Shown one piece after another: positions 26,461 to 35,158 of a stretch of DNA of 35,158 nt. Numbering within the stretch: position 1 is the stretch's first letter; every line of letters starts with the position of its first letter. The notes below the pieces were generated by a model. That model worked only from the letters and a program-made list of their open reading frames with translations. It was not told where the DNA came from and searched no databases. The translations under genes were made by a program, and so were the position numbers. Origin of the DNA: Campylobacterota bacterium (GTDB lineage Bacteria > Campylobacterota > Campylobacteria > Campylobacterales > Sulfurimonadaceae); NCBI GenBank assembly GCA_034717975.1, contig JAYEMF010000111.1, positions 1-35,158 of the forward strand, in the 5' to 3' direction.

Positions 26461-26532
26461 CTCTGCCCCAAAAGGGGCAAGCTTCAGTGCCATAGCGGCT
26501 AGCGTAGTGAAATGGGCTTCGCTCATTTCACG

Positions 26533-26533
<1 letters not shown>
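26461..26533 (-). repeat. ACGC-hairpin-CTACG repeat family, copy 3 (opposite orientation)
   Basis: Minus strand: acGTGAAATGagcgaagccCATTTCACtacgctagccgctatggcactgaagcttgccccttttggggcaga. Confidence 0.88.
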
Positions 26534-27987
<1,454 letters not shown>

Positions 27988-28007
27988 TTAGATTATATTT
28001 TATTTAA

Positions 28008-28159
28008 ACGCAAAACGAACAAAGTCCGTTTTGCTACGCTAGCCGCTATATCCAGTGCTAACCAACGGCACTGAACACACGTGGCACTTCTGTGCTAAAG
28101 CATGATGCTGAAAATCACTAAATGATTTCCAGTGAAAGCTTGCCTCTGTTGAGGCAGAA
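28008..28159 (+). repeat. ACGC-hairpin-CTACG repeat family, copy 4 (long composite)
   Basis: acGCAAAACGaacaaagtcCGTTTTGCtacgctagccgcta-tccagtgctaaccaacggcactgaacacacg...aagcttgcctctgttgaggcaga. Confidence 0.88.
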
Positions 28160-28166
28160 TATACGT

Positions 28167-29507
28167 TCACTTATAATTTACCTGCTGTTCAAGGCTCAGG
28201 GCGCCGTCAAACAGGGTCTGTTCATTAAATGGTTTGGCTATCAGCTGTAATCCGACCGGCATACCGTTAGCGGCTTTTTCAACCGGCAGAGCAATTGCCG
28301 GCAGACCTGCCAGATTTACCGAAATCGTATAGATATCACTCAGGTACATCTCCAGCGGATCTTCAAGGGCACCGAACTCATACGCGGTACGCGGCGCAAC
28401 AGGGCTCAAGATCAGGTCAACCTCTTCAAAAAGCTTTGCATACTCATCTTTGATCAGATGGCGTACCTTCTGTGCTTTGACATAGTAGGCATCATAATAA
28501 CCGCTGGAAAGCACGAAGTTCCCCAGCAGGATACGGCGTTTCACTTCATCACCAAAACCTTCAGAGCGCGTTTGAACGAAAGTATCTACCAGGTTTTTCC
28601 CCTCCTTGCGATTTCCGTAACGGATACCGTCATAACGGGCCAGGTTGGTCGTTGCTTCGGCTGTTGCGGTGATATAATAAGCCGAAATATCATACTTCGC
28701 ATCCATCATACTTTTTTCGACGATGGTATGCCCGGCAGCTTTAAGTGCTGCGATGGCTGTCTCATAGGCATGCTTAACATCATCGGAAGCATCTTTGACA
28801 TACTCAGGCAGTACGGCAATGGTCAGTTTACGAGAGGCATCGAGCTTGTCACTGACCTTGTCGTCATCCATAACGACACTGGTGGAGTCTTTCGGGTCAT
28901 GGCCGCTGATAATGTCGTAAAGGATCGCCGCATCTTCAACGTTCTGTGTCATCGGACCGATCTGGTCGAGTGAACTTGCATAGGCACCGAGACCATAACG
29001 GCTGACACGTCCGTAGGTCGGTTTCATTCCGACAATACCGCAGAAGGCCGCCGGTTGACGGATCGAACCGCCCGTATCAGAGCCCAGTGCTGCAATAGCG
29101 AGTCCTGCACCAACCGCTGCCGCTGAACCGCCGGAACTGCCGCCTGGTACACACTCTGGGTTGTGCGGGTTTTTCGTTTTACCGTAAAAACTCGACTCCG
29201 TTGTCGAGCCCATCGCAAACTCATCCATGTTTGTACGGCCAAACGGGCTCAGTCCCGCTGCTTCCATCTTTTCGATGACTGTCGCATTATAAGGAGCGAT
29301 ATAGCCTTGTAAAATGTTAGAACCACCTGTTACCGACCAATCCTTGACCTGGATATTATCCTTGACCGCGATCGGTACACCGTCACCGGCAATATCCAGT
29401 GCCACATACGCATTCAGATCAGATGCTTCGATCTTCTGGGAAAGCTCATCTTTGAGTCGTGAGAGTTCTTCTTTGGAAAGACTCAGAGCTTCTTTTAATG
29501 TAATCAA
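28167..29507 (-). CDS. gatA: Asp-tRNA(Asn)/Glu-tRNA(Gln) amidotransferase subunit A
   Basis: [48 protein letters not shown]. Confidence 0.98.
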   Translation of the reverse strand: MITLKEALSLSKEELSRLKDELSQKIEASDLNAYVALDIAGDGVPIAVKDNIQVKDWSVTGGSNILQGYIAPYNATVIEKMEAAGLSPFGRTNMDEFAMGSTTESSFYGKTKNPHNPECVPGGSSGGSAAAVGAGLAIAALGSDTGGSIRQPAAFCGIVGMKPTYGRVSRYGLGAYASSLDQIGPMTQNVEDAAILYDIISGHDPKDSTSVVMDDDKVSDKLDASRKLTIAVLPEYVKDASDDVKHAYETAIAALKAAGHTIVEKSMMDAKYDISAYYITATAEATTNLARYDGIRYGNRKEGKNLVDTFVQTRSEGFGDEVKRRILLGNFVLSSGYYDAYYVKAQKVRHLIKDEYAKLFEEVDLILSPVAPRTAYEFGALEDPLEMYLSDIYTISVNLAGLPAIALPVEKAANGMPVGLQLIAKPFNEQTLFDGALSLEQQVNYK

Positions 29508-29629
29508 CCATTTTCCTTTACTTTTTTTGCTCGCAGTACAGCTGCGATCCCTGCTCCGATGATCACAAAGATCACCGCTACCGTCTCGATGATAAAACTC
29601 ATCGGTACAGGTTCGGCCAGATCAGGCAC
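29504..29629 (-). CDS. Small single-TM protein (41 aa) missed by the ORF track
   Basis: [44 protein letters not shown] inside the ileS end with a GAGG SD; TGA overlaps the gatA TTG; hydrophobic helix followed by a basic tail. Confidence 0.72.
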   Translation of the reverse strand: MPDLAEPVPMSFIIETVAVIFVIIGAGIAAVLRAKKVKENG

Positions 29630-32381
29630 CGAGTACCTCTGCACAACGTTCACACGTCTCTTCTTCACTTACCGCATGGAATTTCCAGCAGCGAGGGCAT
29701 TTTGCTTTGCTTGCCGGTCCAATAATGAAGATATCACCATCCACTTCAAAGCGTCCAAGCTCTTCAGCAACATCGTCACTGCTGATGCCAGAGACAACAA
29801 ACCAATCTTCCGCTTCTACCTGGTCAAGGGCCCTGAGCACTGCGGATTTGGTCGAGATGACAAGTTCAAGCGTACTTTTGATCGTCTTCTCTTTTTTGAG
29901 GGCATCGACGATCTCAGAGAAACCTTCGCGTGCTTTCGTCAGATACGGTTCGTTAAAGATACTTGCCACCACATCGATCGACTGATAGTGTAGGTCGAAG
30001 ATATCGCTTGCACCGCCTGTGATCACACTTGGAGCACTCTCCATGATCTCATCCGCCGTATAGGTGAGGATCGGTGCGACCAGGACAACCAACGCTTTTG
30101 TAACCATCGCCATCGCACTCTGGCTGGCACGACGATGCTGGGCATCTTTAGCGTCACAATAGAGTCGGTCTTTCGTAATATCCATATAGATACCGCTCAG
30201 TTCATTGACAATAAAGTTGTTCAGAACGCTCATCCCCTGAACAAAGTTGTATGCCGTGAAGTTGGCATGGACATCATCAAAAACCATCTGGGCTTTGGAG
30301 ACGATCCACTGATCGAGAACACCCAGTTTTTCATACGGAAGGATCACTTCGAGGTCATCGATGTTGGCAAGCAGAAATCTAAAGGTGTTACGCAGCTTGC
30401 GGTATGACTCAGCGGTCTGCTTCAGGATATCGTCCGAGATCTTCAGGTCGCCCTGATAGTCACTCATCGCTACCCACAAGCGAAGGATCTCAGAGCCATA
30501 CTGCTTGATCACTTTCTCCGGGGCGATGACATTGCCTTTGGACTTGGACATCTTCTCGCCCTTGGCATCAACCGTAAAACCATGCGTCAAGATCGCTTTA
30601 TAAGGGGCTTGATGCTGAACTGCCGCACTCAGGAAGAGTGATGACTGGAACCATCCGCGATGCTGGTCGGAACCTTCCAGGTAGATATCTGCCGGGTATT
30701 GTCCTGCATCGTAGTTGCGTGATTTCATCACCGCATTCCAGGTCGCACCACTGTCAAACCAGACATCGAGAATATCACTGACCTTTTCCAGCTCATCGGC
30801 TTTATAGCCGCTGCCAGGGTAAAGCAGCTGCTCCGTCGGCATCGTATACCAGGCGTCTGAACCCTGCATCTCAAAGACCATCGCGATGAAATTGAGTACC
30901 TTCTCGTCCAGGATCACTTCACCCGTCGCTTTGACACGGAAGAAAGCGATCGGCACACCCCAGTCGCGTTGACGGGAGATACACCAGTCCGGACGGTTCT
31001 CCACCATCGAACTCAGACGCTTACGACCGGTTTCAGGATAGAACGTTGTTGTTCCCACTTCGTCGACAGCGATCTCACGAAGCGTCTTACTCTCACCCTC
31101 AGGTGTTCCATCAACGGAGATAAACCACTGTTTCGTCGCACGGAAGATCAGCGGAGTGTGTGAACGCCAGCAGTGCGGATAGGAGTGGGTAAACTTCGAG
31201 ACTTTAAGCAGACTCTCACCCAAAAGCTCCAGGATCGGTTCATTCGATTTAAAAATATGCTTACCGACAAACTCTTCGGCATTCGGGAGCAGCTTTTCAC
31301 GGACAACCGCCTGGTCAAAACAGCCAGTCTCATCGACCGGCATGATCACGTCAAGGTTATAAACAAGACCGATACGGTAGTCATCCTCACCATGACCCGG
31401 TGCGGTATGGACACACCCTGTACCGTTATCCATCAAGACGTGTTCACCCATAACGATGTGTGAACTGCGCCCGTTGAGCGGATTGACGGCATGAAGATTT
31501 TCAAACTGCTTGGCCTCAAAGGTCTGTACGACCTCACCGGAAATGACACCCTGCTCGATCATGGAGTTGTAAAGCTCTTTGGCGACGATATAACCGTCGG
31601 CACTGCGAACATACTTCTCATCCGGATTAAAAGAGATCCCGGTATTTGCCGGCAGGGTCCATGGTGTCGTTGTCCAGATCACCGGTGCGGCACTGCCCTC
31701 GATTCCCAGACGTACTTTTGACTCTTCACTCAGTTCAAATGCCACGTAGATAGAGTGAGACTCTTTATCTTCATACTCCACTTCGGCTTCTGCCAGTGCC
31801 GTGCGCTCCGCCCAGCTCCAGTAGACCGGCTTAGAACGCTCGATCAGAAGGCCTTTGTTCGCTACATCACACAGAGTGCGGTAGATATTGGCCTCAAACT
31901 TGTAATCCATCGTCAGGTATGGCTTTTCCCAGTCGGCGATGATACCCAACTGTTTGAACTCATCACGCTGGACATCGACAAACTTCGCAGCATGCTCACG
32001 GCAAAGTTTTCTCACCTCACCGGTGCTAAGCTTCTCTTTCTTCTGCTTACCGCCAAGCTTCTTCTCGACCTGCTGCTCGATCGGCAGTCCATGACAGTCC
32101 CAGCCCGGGGTAAAACGAACAGATTTACCGTTGAAGTAGTGGTGTTTGACAATAATATCTTTAAGAATCTTGTTAAGTGCGTGACCGATGTGCGTATGGC
32201 CGTTGGCATACGGAGGGCCGTCATGCAGAGTAAACGACGCTGCCCCTTCACGGTTTTTTTTCATCTTGGCATAGACATCCGTCTCATACCATTGGCTATA
32301 ACGTTTCGGCTCATTTTGCACCAGGTTTCCACGCATCGGGAAATCAGTTTTAGGCAGAAGCAGTGTCTCTTTATAATCCAT
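29622..32381 (-). CDS. ileS: Isoleucine--tRNA ligase
   Basis: [36 protein letters not shown]-terminal CPRCW zinc finger. Confidence 0.99.
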   Translation of the reverse strand: MDYKETLLLPKTDFPMRGNLVQNEPKRYSQWYETDVYAKMKKNREGAASFTLHDGPPYANGHTHIGHALNKILKDIIVKHHYFNGKSVRFTPGWDCHGLPIEQQVEKKLGGKQKKEKLSTGEVRKLCREHAAKFVDVQRDEFKQLGIIADWEKPYLTMDYKFEANIYRTLCDVANKGLLIERSKPVYWSWAERTALAEAEVEYEDKESHSIYVAFELSEESKVRLGIEGSAAPVIWTTTPWTLPANTGISFNPDEKYVRSADGYIVAKELYNSMIEQGVISGEVVQTFEAKQFENLHAVNPLNGRSSHIVMGEHVLMDNGTGCVHTAPGHGEDDYRIGLVYNLDVIMPVDETGCFDQAVVREKLLPNAEEFVGKHIFKSNEPILELLGESLLKVSKFTHSYPHCWRSHTPLIFRATKQWFISVDGTPEGESKTLREIAVDEVGTTTFYPETGRKRLSSMVENRPDWCISRQRDWGVPIAFFRVKATGEVILDEKVLNFIAMVFEMQGSDAWYTMPTEQLLYPGSGYKADELEKVSDILDVWFDSGATWNAVMKSRNYDAGQYPADIYLEGSDQHRGWFQSSLFLSAAVQHQAPYKAILTHGFTVDAKGEKMSKSKGNVIAPEKVIKQYGSEILRLWVAMSDYQGDLKISDDILKQTAESYRKLRNTFRFLLANIDDLEVILPYEKLGVLDQWIVSKAQMVFDDVHANFTAYNFVQGMSVLNNFIVNELSGIYMDITKDRLYCDAKDAQHRRASQSAMAMVTKALVVLVAPILTYTADEIMESAPSVITGGASDIFDLHYQSIDVVASIFNEPYLTKAREGFSEIVDALKKEKTIKSTLELVISTKSAVLRALDQVEAEDWFVVSGISSDDVAEELGRFEVDGDIFIIGPASKAKCPRCWKFHAVSEEETCERCAEVLGA

Positions 32382-32503
32382 ACATACCCTTAATACTATA
32401 CAACTTTATAAAATTTTTGCATTATACCTTTTATGCATTTAAAATGTACTGACAGTGTGTTATACTGTCCCACACTTTACTATCATAGGGACACCCTTTT
32501 CAA

Positions 32504-33595
32504 ATGAAAAAACAGCTCTTGTTTGTCGGCAATAAATTCACGCTTAACCGCTCGTTTCAACGTTATATTCTCAGGGAGGTTGAGAAAAAATCAGGGCAGA
32601 TAGATGCCATTTTTTTCTTCCAGGAATCCGATAATTCACTCTTTTTACACCTGGAAAAAGTTCTCTTGAGCAGCGGTACACTCATCATTGTTACGACAAA
32701 AAGCAGTTTTTCAGTTATTGGCAAACTCCTCAGTACCGTCACATCCGACAATCAGATCTTAAAAGAGCAGATGCTCATCCCTTCTCAGACACTGGTTTTC
32801 GAACAAAACTCCTACCTGATCAAACATGAGGATTCAACCGTCAATGTTCTGATGGCTGAAGAGGGAGTCCAGCTGCCAAAGCTGCTTATCGATGAAGAGG
32901 AACGCAGTGCAATTATTCATATTTTTGAAGAAGATGTAGAGAGTGTTCAGGCCATGCTGCACCCTTTGGCTCAGACCTATGATGTCCGTCTCGATTACAC
33001 TCATGTAGTATCGGGATGGGTCAAGCTGCAGATCCAGAGCAGACGATACGGCAATATTGCACAGTTTATCGCTTCTGTAAAACAGCTGCTTCCAAAAAAA
33101 GTGATCGCCGCCTCAAATATCGCCGTTTATATCATTGAAAAGCTGATGCACCATCAGCGTAAAGTCACCTTCGCCGAAAGCTGTACCGGAGGCCTGCTCG
33201 CATCATTCTTTACACGTGAAAGCGGTGCATCCAATGTCTTTGACGGATCACTTGTCACCTATTCCAATTCACTCAAAGCCAATTGGCTCGCGGTGAGTGA
33301 TCTTAACCTTGAACGTTTTGGTGCCGTCAGCCAGGAGATCATTGAAGAGATGACCGATGGAGCACTCAATGTCAGCTATGCCGATTACGCACTGGCAGTC
33401 AGCGGTATCGCCGGGCCCGATGGCGGTACAGAGTTCAAACCGGTCGGTACCATCTTCATCGGTGCGCGCTCAAAACTGGACAATACAACAGAAGAGTGTT
33501 ACTTCGAAGGTGACCGCAATTACATTCAGGAACAGAGCACCTATTATGCTGTTAAGATGCTCTTGCTGCTGGATAAAGAGACTTTTTTCGAATAA
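32504..33595 (+). CDS. CinA-family protein (C-terminal PncC/NMN deamidase domain)
   Basis: AESCTGG, GASNVFDGSLVTYSN, GAVS, SGIAGPDGG..KPVGT; N-terminal half diverged. Confidence 0.9.
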   Translation: MKKQLLFVGNKFTLNRSFQRYILREVEKKSGQIDAIFFFQESDNSLFLHLEKVLLSSGTLIIVTTKSSFSVIGKLLSTVTSDNQILKEQMLIPSQTLVFEQNSYLIKHEDSTVNVLMAEEGVQLPKLLIDEEERSAIIHIFEEDVESVQAMLHPLAQTYDVRLDYTHVVSGWVKLQIQSRRYGNIAQFIASVKQLLPKKVIAASNIAVYIIEKLMHHQRKVTFAESCTGGLLASFFTRESGASNVFDGSLVTYSNSLKANWLAVSDLNLERFGAVSQEIIEEMTDGALNVSYADYALAVSGIAGPDGGTEFKPVGTIFIGARSKLDNTTEECYFEGDRNYIQEQSTYYAVKMLLLLDKETFFE

Positions 33596-33608
33596 GTCTA
33601 AAAAAGTC

Positions 33609-33637
33609 TTGACAAAGAGCCATCTTTTCTCTATAAT
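33609..33637 (+). promoter_or_regulatory. Consensus sigma70 promoter of the tRNA operon
   Basis: TTGACA-17 nt-TATAAT followed by GC-rich ttcggcc. Confidence 0.9.
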
Positions 33638-33669
33638 TTCGGCCTCACAAACAGTTGTGATACGTTAAT

Positions 33670-33745
33670 GTCTTGTTAGCTCAGTTGGTAGAGCATCTCA
33701 CTTTTAATGAGGTGGCCGTAGGTTCGAATCCTACACAGGACACCA
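33670..33745 (+). tRNA. tRNA-Lys(UUU)
   Basis: Cloverleaf, anticodon loop CTTTTAA, GGTTCGAATCC, CCA end. Confidence 0.96.
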
Positions 33746-33748
33746 GAC

Positions 33749-33813
33749 AATTTAATTTTTAATGATGGATTTTTAATTTTTAATTGAGCATTCAAAATTT
33801 AAAATTTAAAATT
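33749..33813. repeat. AT-rich inverted heptamer repeats
   Basis: TTTTAAT-type units followed by complementary AAAATTT-type units. Confidence 0.65.
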
Positions 33814-33819
33814 ATTTAC

Positions 33820-33896
33820 GCGGTGGTAGTTCAGTTGGTTAGAATACCTGCCTGTCACGCAGGGGGTCGCGAGTTCGAGTCTCGTCCACCGCGCCA
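33820..33896 (+). tRNA. tRNA-Asp(GUC)
   Basis: Cloverleaf, loop CTGTCAC, GCCA end. Confidence 0.97.
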
Positions 33897-33909
33897 GAAC
33901 ACAATTTGT

Positions 33910-34013
33910 ACGCAAAACGAGCAAAAGCCCGTTTTACTACGTTTATCCAGTGCGAACCAATGGCACTGAACACACGAATACTAGGTTTTCTTCAGCAGAA
34001 AGCTCAGAAAACG
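33910..34013 (+). repeat. ACGC-hairpin-CTACG repeat family, copy 5
   Basis: acgcAAAACGagcaaaagccCGTTTTactacg-tttatccagtgcgaaccaatggcactgaacacacg-ctaggttttcttcagcagaaagctcagaaa. Confidence 0.9.
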
Positions 34014-34050
34014 AAAAGTACTTGTTCCATTTTATGTTAAAACGTAATAT

Positions 34051-34126
34051 GGGCGCTTAGCTCAGTTGGTAGAGCGCTACCCTTACAAGGTAGATGTCAC
34101 AAGTTCGAGTCTTGTAGTGCCCACCA
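34051..34126 (+). tRNA. tRNA-Val(UAC)
   Basis: Cloverleaf, loop CTTACAA, ACCA end. Confidence 0.97.
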
Positions 34127-34131
34127 TTGAC

Positions 34132-34201
34132 AATTTTGAATGCTTAATGTTTAATTTTGAATTTTCTTTCATTCAACATTAAAAATTTAAAATTAATAAT
34201 T
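34132..34201. repeat. AT-rich inverted heptamer repeats
   Basis: TTTGAAT/TTTAAT units followed by ATTCAAC/ATTTAAA units. Confidence 0.65.
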
Positions 34202-34209
34202 ATTTTGCT

Positions 34210-34285
34210 GACCCTTTCGTCTAGTGGCCAAGGACACTATCACTTCATGGTAGGGACAGAGGTTCAAATCCTTTAGGGGTCGCCA
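34210..34285 (+). tRNA. tRNA-Glu(UUC), atypical anticodon loop
   Basis: Acceptor GACCCTT/AGGGGTC, Glu-like D arm, anticodon stem CTATC/GGTAG, loop ACTTCAT, GCCA end. Confidence 0.85.
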
Positions 34286-34310
34286 TTTCGGTGCTGTCTA
34301 TTGATTTTGT

Positions 34311-34412
34311 ACGCATCATGAGCAAAGCCCATGATACTACGTTTATCCAGTGCGAACCAATGGCACTGAACACACGAACACTAGGTTTTCTTCAGCAGAA
34401 AGCTCAGAAACG
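34311..34412 (+). repeat. ACGC-hairpin-CTACG repeat family, copy 6
   Basis: acgcATCATGagcaaagccCATGATactacg followed by modules nearly identical to copy 5. Confidence 0.9.
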
Positions 34413-34438
34413 AAAAATTTAGTTTTTCCCATTTCGAT

Positions 34439-34514
34439 GGGCGCTTAGCTCAGTTGGTAGAGCGCTACCCTTACAAGGTAGATGTCACAAGTTCGAGTCT
34501 TGTAGTGCCCACCA
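34439..34514 (+). tRNA. tRNA-Val(UAC)
   Basis: Identical to 34051-34126. Confidence 0.97.
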
Positions 34515-34529
34515 TATTATTTATTTTGT

Positions 34530-34603
34530 ACGCAAAACGAGCAAAAGCCCGTTTTACTACGTTAACACTAGGTTTTACTCAGCGTAAAGCTCACGCAACT
34601 AGT
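34530..34603 (+). repeat. ACGC-hairpin-CTACG repeat family, copy 7
   Basis: acgcAAAACGagcaaaagccCGTTTTactacg-ttaacactaggttttactcagcgtaaagctcacgcaactagt; lacks the CAGTGC module. Confidence 0.88.
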
Positions 34604-34674
34604 TGCTTTTAGGTGTTAAAATTTTAATAACGAAATTTTGTTTCATTTTAAACGAAAGTTAAAGATAAAACGCT

Positions 34675-34680
34675 TATAAT
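34675..34680 (+). promoter_or_regulatory. Putative -10 box for the second tRNA-Asp
   Basis: TATAAT followed by ttcgctca, resembling the context of the first tRNA promoter. Confidence 0.6.
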
Positions 34681-34693
34681 TTCGCTCACGGTT

Positions 34694-34770
34694 GCGGTGG
34701 TAGTTCAGTTGGTTAGAATACCTGCCTGTCACGCAGGGGGTCGCGAGTTCGAGTCTCGTCCACCGCGCCA
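34694..34770 (+). tRNA. tRNA-Asp(GUC)
   Basis: Identical to 33820-33896. Confidence 0.97.
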
Positions 34771-35036
34771 TTTCCCTCTTTAATTGTAAATTCTAAACGC
34801 CAATTCTAAAAATAAGTGCAATTTTCAACATGAAATATCTTCGCTATTCAAGCATCCCTGCAGCAGCTGATCATCTCAATACCTTGACCGACGACCTACA
34901 CAGTAAACTTCGTCCATTCCGCACCTGACAAAGATCTCCTATTGCTGCCTCTACTGAAAGGCCTTAACACTCTGCTAACACTTCTAAACTATACTTACCA
35001 AACCAATACAGAAGGATTGAACATGAACAAACTTAT

Positions 35037-35158
35037 GGGCACCTCTAAAAACCCTGGATATCATCAGCGTTACATACATTTTCGTGATCAAGGCAGGTTC
35101 TTGTCAGCGTAGCAGGGCTACGGTGGCAAGGTTCTAACGCAGACTCACGGACATGTAT
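35037..35158. repeat. Long palindromic element, truncated by the window end
   Basis: Nested stems ATACATtTtCGTGA/TCACGgAcATGTAT, CTTGTCA/TGGCAAG and CGTAGC/GCTACG; begins GGGCACCTCTAAAAA. Confidence 0.65.

Noticed and set aside
26436..26532. 26-aa ORF (MSEAHFTTLAAMALKLAPFGAEKSLS) as a bridge between guaB and the RDD gene
   Set aside because: It overlaps neither neighbour's stop nor start and the repeat is in the opposite orientation, so it is not counted as support for the bridge model.
33784..33969. 61-aa ORF in the tRNA cluster
   Set aside because: It overlaps tRNA-Asp.
34237..34254. UCA (Sec or opal suppressor) reading of the odd tRNA
   Set aside because: Centring UCA breaks the anticodon stem, and there is no long variable arm or extended acceptor stem.
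33910..34603. CRISPR-like reading of the recurring repeats
   Set aside because: Irregular spacing, variable repeats, the intervening segments are tRNAs, and no cas genes are present.
34771..35022. Genomic island att site after tRNA-Asp and a 32-aa ORF at 34830
   Set aside because: No integrase or partial tRNA duplicate is visible in the window, and the ORF has no SD or recognisable features.

Overview
Core-genome region of a Campylobacterota bacterium. The gene set and the short TATAAT promoters suggest a Sulfurimonas/Sulfuricurvum-like organism, which is an inference. Most genes are housekeeping genes on the minus strand (mutS2, murC, dapC, a ThiF-family gene, an MscS-type channel, recQ, xseB, metX, metY, guaB, gatA, ileS). 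There are also signalling genes (a GGEEF cyclase, a 7TM-DISM kinase, a degenerate hybrid kinase), a CinA-family gene and six tRNAs (Lys, Asp, Val, Glu, Val, Asp). No transposase, integrase or CRISPR array is present. The most interesting signals are mainly intergenic. (1) A modular hairpin repeat family with 7 copies and compensatory stem changes. (2) Three repeat-containing operon spacers are exactly spanned by unannotated mini-ORFs that abut or overlap the upstream stop and overlap the downstream start, suggesting translational-coupling bridges. (3) A 429-bp strand-specifically structured element with terminal inverted repeats. (4) metX has no ATG/GTG/TTG start for its first ~93 conserved codons. 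(5) A diverged duplicate of the mutS2 3' end flanks a MOSC gene. (6) A miniature retention-module T1SS-type protein with 60 consecutive Asp. (7) A MITE with a 9-bp target duplication, a cytochrome c gene remnant and a tRNA-Glu lacking U33.
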